Below are positions 15,180-20,000 of a stretch of DNA of 20,000 nucleotides, in pieces. Under the pieces are notes generated by a model. The model was not told where the DNA came from and searched no databases. It saw nothing but the letters and a program-made list of their open reading frames with translations. Made by a program: the position numbers and the translations under genes. Source of the stretch: an uncultured virus (IMG/VR IMGVR_UViG_3300020213_000028) (taxonomy: Duplodnaviria > Heunggongvirae > Uroviricota > Caudoviricetes). The stretch lies in the IMG/VR virus record IMGVR_UViG_3300020213_000028; one strand, given 5' to 3'. Numbering within the stretch: position 1 is the first letter of the stretch; each line of letters begins with the position of its first letter.

Positions 15180-17974
15180 ACAATGTCCGATCGCGTCGAG
15201 GGCTGGACAACGTCGGCGCGAGCCTGCGCCGTTACTACGGTGCTACGAACCGGGGCGGTCGAAATGTCAGTACGGCGTTCCTGGTACGAGGCACTTCGTA
15301 CGTCGTACCGAGTGGGCAGAACCAGCGTGCCTACAAGGCCTTGGGTGAAGAACGCCTGCACCGCCAAGGCAGCGCGCCGCGCCACGCCGATGAGCTTCGA
15401 CACTGAGGCGCCGAGGGTGGACCCCGCCGACCTCGAAAGGTCGATCGCCCTAGCTACCAACGGTGCGTTGAGGGCTGATGAAGCGAGAACCTTCGAAACA
15501 CGCCTCGCCGCGGAAGCTGACGTAGCGGCCGTCGCGAGCAGCGCCAGCGCGTAGGCCCGAGCTGTGGTTACGGCGGCGCTGGTCGCCACCGATGCCGACA
15601 GCGTGCGGAGGAGAGCGCGTCCACTCTGGACGGAAGCCACCGCGGCGGCAGATGGGGACTTCACGACCTGCACCACGCGCGCTACAAGGGCCGATGCAGT
15701 TTTCGTCGCGACCCTCGTCGCGTAGACCGCCTTGCCCACCACCGCGCTGGTCGTTTTTGACGCCGCCCTCGATAGAGCGCTGGAGCGCGCGACAGCGGCG
15801 GCCGAGGCCAGCGCTGCCGATAGGACGAGCAGCAGCACCTTCAGGCTCGATACGGTTGCAACGGTGGCGGTGGTGGCGGCCAGGGTCAGAAGGTTGACGA
15901 CGCCACGCAGGAGGCTGGCGACCACGGTTGCGCTGGTGGCGCGCGAGGCCTGCACCACCCGCGATAAGAACGCGACCGGGGTCGACGTTGCCGTGGCGGT
16001 GTAGCTGGCCCCGGAGAGACGGACGACCGTAGCCACGATCGCGGTGGCCGCGGACTTGGTAGCGCTGGTGAGGCGCGCCCCGGAGGCCGCCGCCGAGCTT
16101 GATGCGCTGAGGACTGAGTCGAAGGCGCGGACCATGGACGGAACGGCGCCGGCTGGCGCCGACTTCAACAACAAGACCGCCTTCGCTATGGAGGCCGCTG
16201 GAGATGATGTTGCCAGGGCGGTGTAGCTGGCCCCGGAGAGACGGACGACCGTAGCCACAACAGCGGAAGCGGCGGCCTTGGTGGTGCTCATGAAGCGAAT
16301 GACGACAGAGGACGCCGCCGTCGTGGCGGCCCGTGCGGCGCCCACAGCACGAACCACGGCCGGCGTCACCGCCTTCGCCCCCGCCTTCGTTGTCGCGATC
16401 GAGCGCGCCATTGAACCGGCCAAAGAAGCGGACACAGACTTGGCAGAGACAGTCGACCGCAGCAGGGTCGCGGCGGCCGCTACAGACGCGGCGATCACGA
16501 CGGAGAGAGCTCTCGCAACGGTCGCTGAGCCGGACAAAGACGCGGACACGGACTTGAAGACGGCGCGGGTAGCGATAGCCGCGACCGCCGTGGTGGCCGA
16601 CAGGGCCAGCAGGTAAGCGCGCGAGGAAGACACGGTTGCGAGCGCAGCGGCCGCCGCGGACTTGGTAGCGGACGCGGCCTTGGTTGCCGATGCGCCGGCA
16701 GTGTGCTGTGCGCTCTTCACCGCGCCGACCGCGCGGACGAAGGCCGCGGACACCGCAGAACCCACAGCCCTGATGGCGAGAGTGGCGCGGGACAGAAGGA
16801 CGGCCGTGACGACGGCCGCCGACAACGTCATATAAGTTACCGTCTCGGCGACTGGCGTGTAATCAACCATCGCCCAAAGTGCGGACGACCTAATCTTATA
16901 CGTGCCCGCCGCAGTTAATTTGATGCCGATCTGCATCGCGTCCAGCTTGCTCGTTGACCACGCCGCACCATCGGGGTCAAGGTCTGCTGTGATTGGGTAC
17001 GGATTCAATGCCGTTGTACTCGGGCCGTTAGTCACCCACGTTGTTTTGTTATGGATCGTCGCGGTGGATGCCGTCACCGTCCCGCTCGCCTCTTTCTTCA
17101 GGCGCAATTGATACGCGGTAAGTCCGTCGCCAGTATCGTTAGCAATCCGGCAGCCGACATGCACTACACTGACAGTGTCGCTCGCGCCGATGCCAGACGC
17201 ACCGCAGTTGTAATCGTCAATCTGATTCAGAGTCAGCGACTCGACATAATCTGTGGCATCGTTCGGCGTCACCTCGTCCTGCTGTGACCAGTTCGCACCG
17301 CTGTCGGAACCGCCGCGCGTCCAGTCCGCGTTGTCACCCGTCGCATTAGGGCGCAGGCAAATGACCTTGCCCATCCCGGTCCAGGAATTGTTGTTACTCC
17401 CGCTCGTCGTGTTGACGGCAACGTCATCAATGTAATAGTCGTGGGTGACCGCTGCGCCCGTGCCGAACGCTAGAGTTCGTGGATCGGCGCCGTTGGTATT
17501 CTGACCCGTCACCGAAACGACCGATGATCCATCCAGCTTTACGTCAATCGTGCCCGTGCTCGCATGGCTTAGTACCTTAAACTCGAAGCAATACCAGGTG
17601 CCAGTCGTTAGCGCGATATCCGATCCGACTTGTGTATTCGGACCGTTCATGACCTTGAGCCCGGCCCCGGTCCCTCGGAACCGCATCAGGATCGTAGTGC
17701 CGGCGCTATCGGCGACGTATGACACTAACGTATTATTCGCCGGAAGCGTCGTTGCGTAGTACCAGAATCGTCCGTAGATAGTCTTATCGGTATTGGTCCC
17801 CAGAGAAATCGTTACATTCTGCACCGACGACGATGGATTGTTGCGATATGAATACGCCCCGGTATTTTTTGTCGTGCTGTTGATGCTGCCAGTAGGCGTT
17901 GACCCGACGAAGAAAAATTCCTTGTTCCCTGTCAGATCGTTAAGCTCAAACCCAGTCGTCAGTAATCGGGCCAT
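15176..17974 (-). CDS. Putative fibre protein, 932 aa: N-terminal LamG/ConA-like region (~375 aa) plus ~27 basic Ala/Ser/Thr/Val repeats of 18-20 aa
   Basis: IYGRFWYY, TGTWYCFEFKV..IDVKLDG and YYIDDVAVN are jelly-roll motifs. The repeat region starts near 16830. ATG directly abuts the upstream TAA. Confidence 0.75.
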   Translation of the reverse strand: MARLLTTGFELNDLTGNKEFFFVGSTPTGSINSTTKNTGAYSYRNNPSSSVQNVTISLGTNTDKTIYGRFWYYATTLPANNTLVSYVADSAGTTILMRFRGTGAGLKVMNGPNTQVGSDIALTTGTWYCFEFKVLSHASTGTIDVKLDGSSVVSVTGQNTNGADPRTLAFGTGAAVTHDYYIDDVAVNTTSGSNNNSWTGMGKVICLRPNATGDNADWTRGGSDSGANWSQQDEVTPNDATDYVESLTLNQIDDYNCGASGIGASDTVSVVHVGCRIANDTGDGLTAYQLRLKKEASGTVTASTATIHNKTTWVTNGPSTTALNPYPITADLDPDGAAWSTSKLDAMQIGIKLTAAGTYKIRSSALWAMVDYTPVAETVTYMTLSAAVVTAVLLSRATLAIRAVGSAVSAAFVRAVGAVKSAQHTAGASATKAASATKSAAAAALATVSSSRAYLLALSATTAVAAIATRAVFKSVSASLSGSATVARALSVVIAASVAAAATLLRSTVSAKSVSASLAGSMARSIATTKAGAKAVTPAVVRAVGAARAATTAASSVVIRFMSTTKAAASAVVATVVRLSGASYTALATSSPAASIAKAVLLLKSAPAGAVPSMVRAFDSVLSASSSAAASGARLTSATKSAATAIVATVVRLSGASYTATATSTPVAFLSRVVQASRATSATVVASLLRGVVNLLTLAATTATVATVSSLKVLLLVLSAALASAAAVARSSALSRAASKTTSAVVGKAVYATRVATKTASALVARVVQVVKSPSAAAVASVQSGRALLRTLSASVATSAAVTTARAYALALLATAATSASAARRVSKVLASSALNAPLVARAIDLSRSAGSTLGASVSKLIGVARRAALAVQAFFTQGLVGTLVLPTRYDVRSASYQERRTDISTAPVRSTVVTAQARADVVQPSTRSDIV
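15995..16258. repeat. Exact 42-bp direct repeat (15995-16036 and 16217-16258), 222 nt apart
   Basis: ggcggtgtagctggccccggagagacggacgaccgtagccac occurs twice and encodes VATVVRLSGASYTA. Confidence 0.9.
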
Positions 17975-19078
17975 TTACGCGGCCTCGTAGCAATTGATGT
18001 GCGTTTGCTGCTTGCCGAACACGCCACCAGCTAGGACTACGCGCCCATCATCAAGCGAGCAGATAGCGTTGCCGAGGAACGAATCGGGCAAAGGCTGCGC
18101 GTCGATCATCCACTTGTTCAGCGCGGGGTCGTAGACTAGCAACGCGTGTACTTTTCCATCCGGCCCGGTCGTTACCGGCCATACAACTTTGCCGTGCGAT
18201 TGCGCGATGCGTATTTCGATCAGCCTGACCAGCGCGCCATCAATCGGCGGTGTCGCCAATTCTTCGGTCGTATGTGCGTCGAGATGCCAGCGAAACATCA
18301 TCGGCACTTTGCTTGCGCCATCCGTGCGATAGCCGACGACGTAAACGTAGCGGCCGATCTTGACGTACTTGCCTTGCGCAAAGTAAGCCGCGATAAAATT
18401 GGCATCCCTCTTAATTGTGAGCGTCAAGTCGGGCAAGCGAGTGCCGAGATTTACGTCCCACCGCCGACATGCAAATCCGCCCGACGAATCCGCAAATGCA
18501 ACGATGTGCCCGTTGACCTCGTCAAAAGCACCGCCGTACAGACATCCTGTGTGCGTATGGTCTCCGCCAAAAAGTCGATTGTCCTGCGCACATTTGTTGG
18601 TCATGGGATCAATCCACCAAATGCCGCGCGCGTAGGCAATGACGGGATCGCCAGCCGCTTCATACCAATAATACGATCCAGGCCAAGCAATGAATTGCTT
18701 CCGCTTGACGACCCAGTCGAAGCCGGCGCCATCCTGCAAAGCGTGCGGCGCGGGCCGATAATCTTCGCCGAACTCCTGCCGCCAATCCGACAAATTGTCG
18801 AGCGGCGCACTCCACATGCCATCAGTTGCCGAGTGCGCCCAATCACCGCCGATGACGTACAGGCGATTGCCATCAGTCGCCATGTTGGTGTGCTTGCTGC
18901 TGCCATTCGCCGAATACGGCGCAAGTTTTCCAAGCGCCGGAAGTAAAGACGACGTGATCGTTCCGATCGCGCTGCCCGGAGGCTTTGGCGGCGGCACGAC
19001 AACGGGCGGCGGTGGCGTAATCGAGTTAAGGCGACCCCCAAGATAATCGCCACACTTCCGTCCCCGGGCCGCCACCAT
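17975..19078 (-). CDS. Kelch-like beta-propeller protein/domain; start uncertain, possibly the +1 frameshift extension of the upstream gene
   Basis: GNRLYVIGGDW, GRYVYVVG, LLVYDPALNKW and GRVVLAGG kelch-like blades. The credible sequence begins with the linker ITPPPPVVVPPPKPPG. Confidence 0.65.
   Translation of the reverse strand: MVAARGRKCGDYLGGRLNSITPPPPVVVPPPKPPGSAIGTITSSLLPALGKLAPYSANGSSKHTNMATDGNRLYVIGGDWAHSATDGMWSAPLDNLSDWRQEFGEDYRPAPHALQDGAGFDWVVKRKQFIAWPGSYYWYEAAGDPVIAYARGIWWIDPMTNKCAQDNRLFGGDHTHTGCLYGGAFDEVNGHIVAFADSSGGFACRRWDVNLGTRLPDLTLTIKRDANFIAAYFAQGKYVKIGRYVYVVGYRTDGASKVPMMFRWHLDAHTTEELATPPIDGALVRLIEIRIAQSHGKVVWPVTTGPDGKVHALLVYDPALNKWMIDAQPLPDSFLGNAICSLDDGRVVLAGGVFGKQQTHINCYEAA
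19025..19040 (-). other. Candidate programmed +1 ribosomal frameshift site (prfB-like)
   Basis: In-frame TGG GGG TCG CCT TAA C compared with prfB AGG GGG TAT CTT TGA C. The +1 frame continues for about 350 codons. Confidence 0.4.
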
Positions 19079-20000
19079 CAACTGTCAGCAGCGCACTAGT
19101 CCCGTCGGACAACAGATTAGATGCAGACATTACCACCGCGCGCGGCACTACATTTCCAGCAGCGAGCGATGGGCCTTTGCTCCATACCTTTGTCGTCAGA
19201 TTCAGAAACCATGTTGCTTGCCGCACCACGCCCGACCCTGCGGCGACCATGCCGGTACGCCCGCACCACGCAACGACGACATCCTGCCCCTCGACCAGCG
19301 TGGCGACAATACCAAGCGTGTCCGGCTTGTCGCCTGTCGTTGTCTGCATCGTCCACGCGCCATCGCCCGGCGGATGCGTCCAAAGCTGATTATCGTTGGC
19401 CAGCGTCCACAGCGTACCGTCGCGCGCATCGATGCCGCTGCGAGCGTAAGTCAATCGCGGCGATTCTTCTTCAGCGCCGCCATAGGATGGTTGCCGCGTC
19501 CACAGCGGAGACGCACCTGTGATATTGGCGATCACGCCGCTCATTAGATCGCGTTTGCGCAACGCCTGCGATCCAGACCATCCGCCGAAAGAGTAAAGGG
19601 CGCCTTGCCAGTACGCGTAGCACGCATCGCCAGCGCCCTGCCCCGGCGAATATGGCTGCGTATACTCCGCGCTCGCAAGAGCAAATTTTAGATCGCCAGT
19701 TTGGCTGTAGGCAACCGGGGCGCCAGCGCCGATCCACACACACGCGCGATCAGTGTCGTAGCACGCGCCATAATTCTCGCGCGCGCCGATGTCATATCCG
19801 ATACCCGACGACGCTGACGTTTTGGTCCATAGCCCGGTCGCGGCTGACCACGTAAACGATCCGTGTTGGGCACTCTGTGCGTTGCTGCCCCACGCCGCCC
19901 ACAGTCCGCCTGGGATCACTACCGGACGCCGAAAGTAGGCGCCAAACATCCCGCCGTTGCCAACGTCAACGCGCGCCCACGTAGCGACGCCGGTCGTCTG
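19026..20000 (-). CDS. Kelch-like beta-propeller protein (5' end beyond the right edge)
   Basis: The frame is open from 20000 (QTTGVATWARVDVGNGGMFGAY...). GALYSFGGW, WFLNLTTKVWSKGP and GAWTMQTTTGDKP resemble kelch blades. Confidence 0.7.
   Translation of the reverse strand, partial: QTTGVATWARVDVGNGGMFGAYFRRPVVIPGGLWAAWGSNAQSAQHGSFTWSAATGLWTKTSASSGIGYDIGARENYGACYDTDRACVWIGAGAPVAYSQTGDLKFALASAEYTQPYSPGQGAGDACYAYWQGALYSFGGWSGSQALRKRDLMSGVIANITGASPLWTRQPSYGGAEEESPRLTYARSGIDARDGTLWTLANDNQLWTHPPGDGAWTMQTTTGDKPDTLGIVATLVEGQDVVVAWCGRTGMVAAGSGVVRQATWFLNLTTKVWSKGPSLAAGNVVPRAVVMSASNLLSDGTSALLTVDGGGPGTEVWRLSWGSP

Noticed and set aside
15995..16258. 42-bp direct repeat as a CRISPR repeat or DGR TR/VR pair
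   Set aside because: There are only two identical in-frame copies inside one gene, no adenine-specific mismatches, and no cas or reverse transcriptase gene in the window.
81..19855. Many plus-strand ORFs (e.g. 579-1319, 3284-4048, 5073-5726, 8217-8846, 13130-13744, 18146-18946)
   Set aside because: They are antisense shadows of the GC-rich minus-strand genes, with no recognisable motifs. The minus strand is already fully tiled by coupled genes.

Overview
The whole window is part of a late (virion morphogenesis and lysis) operon of a GC-rich tailed phage or prophage infecting a Gram-negative host. All credible genes lie on the minus strand, tightly packed and mostly translationally coupled. 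Transcription runs right to left: two kelch-like beta-propeller ORFs (the first truncated by the window edge); a 932-aa LamG-like head plus Ala-rich repeat protein; an expanded lysis cassette (small membrane protein, overlapped Rz/Rz1-type spanins, small two-Cys protein, ~4-TM protein, TM+coiled-coil protein, GH19 endolysin); several tail/fibre genes (134, 322, 99, 333, 699, 415, 201, 381 aa); then putative internal virion/ejection proteins (660, 921 aa and the start of another). No sheath, baseplate or classical tape-measure gene is recognisable, which fits a podovirus-like tail (inference). The most notable signals are: (1) a prfB-like +1 frameshift cassette (TGG GGG TCG CCT TAA C) that would fuse the two propeller ORFs through a Pro-rich linker; (2) three different ~18-22-aa strand-repeat proteins, one of whose repeat units is shared by three adjacent genes; (3) recurring A-x-GG motifs in the 921-aa protein; (4) a reordered seven-gene lysis cassette preceded by an AT-rich gene containing TATAAT next to an 8-bp inverted repeat. 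Family calls come from motif recognition by eye; no database search was run.
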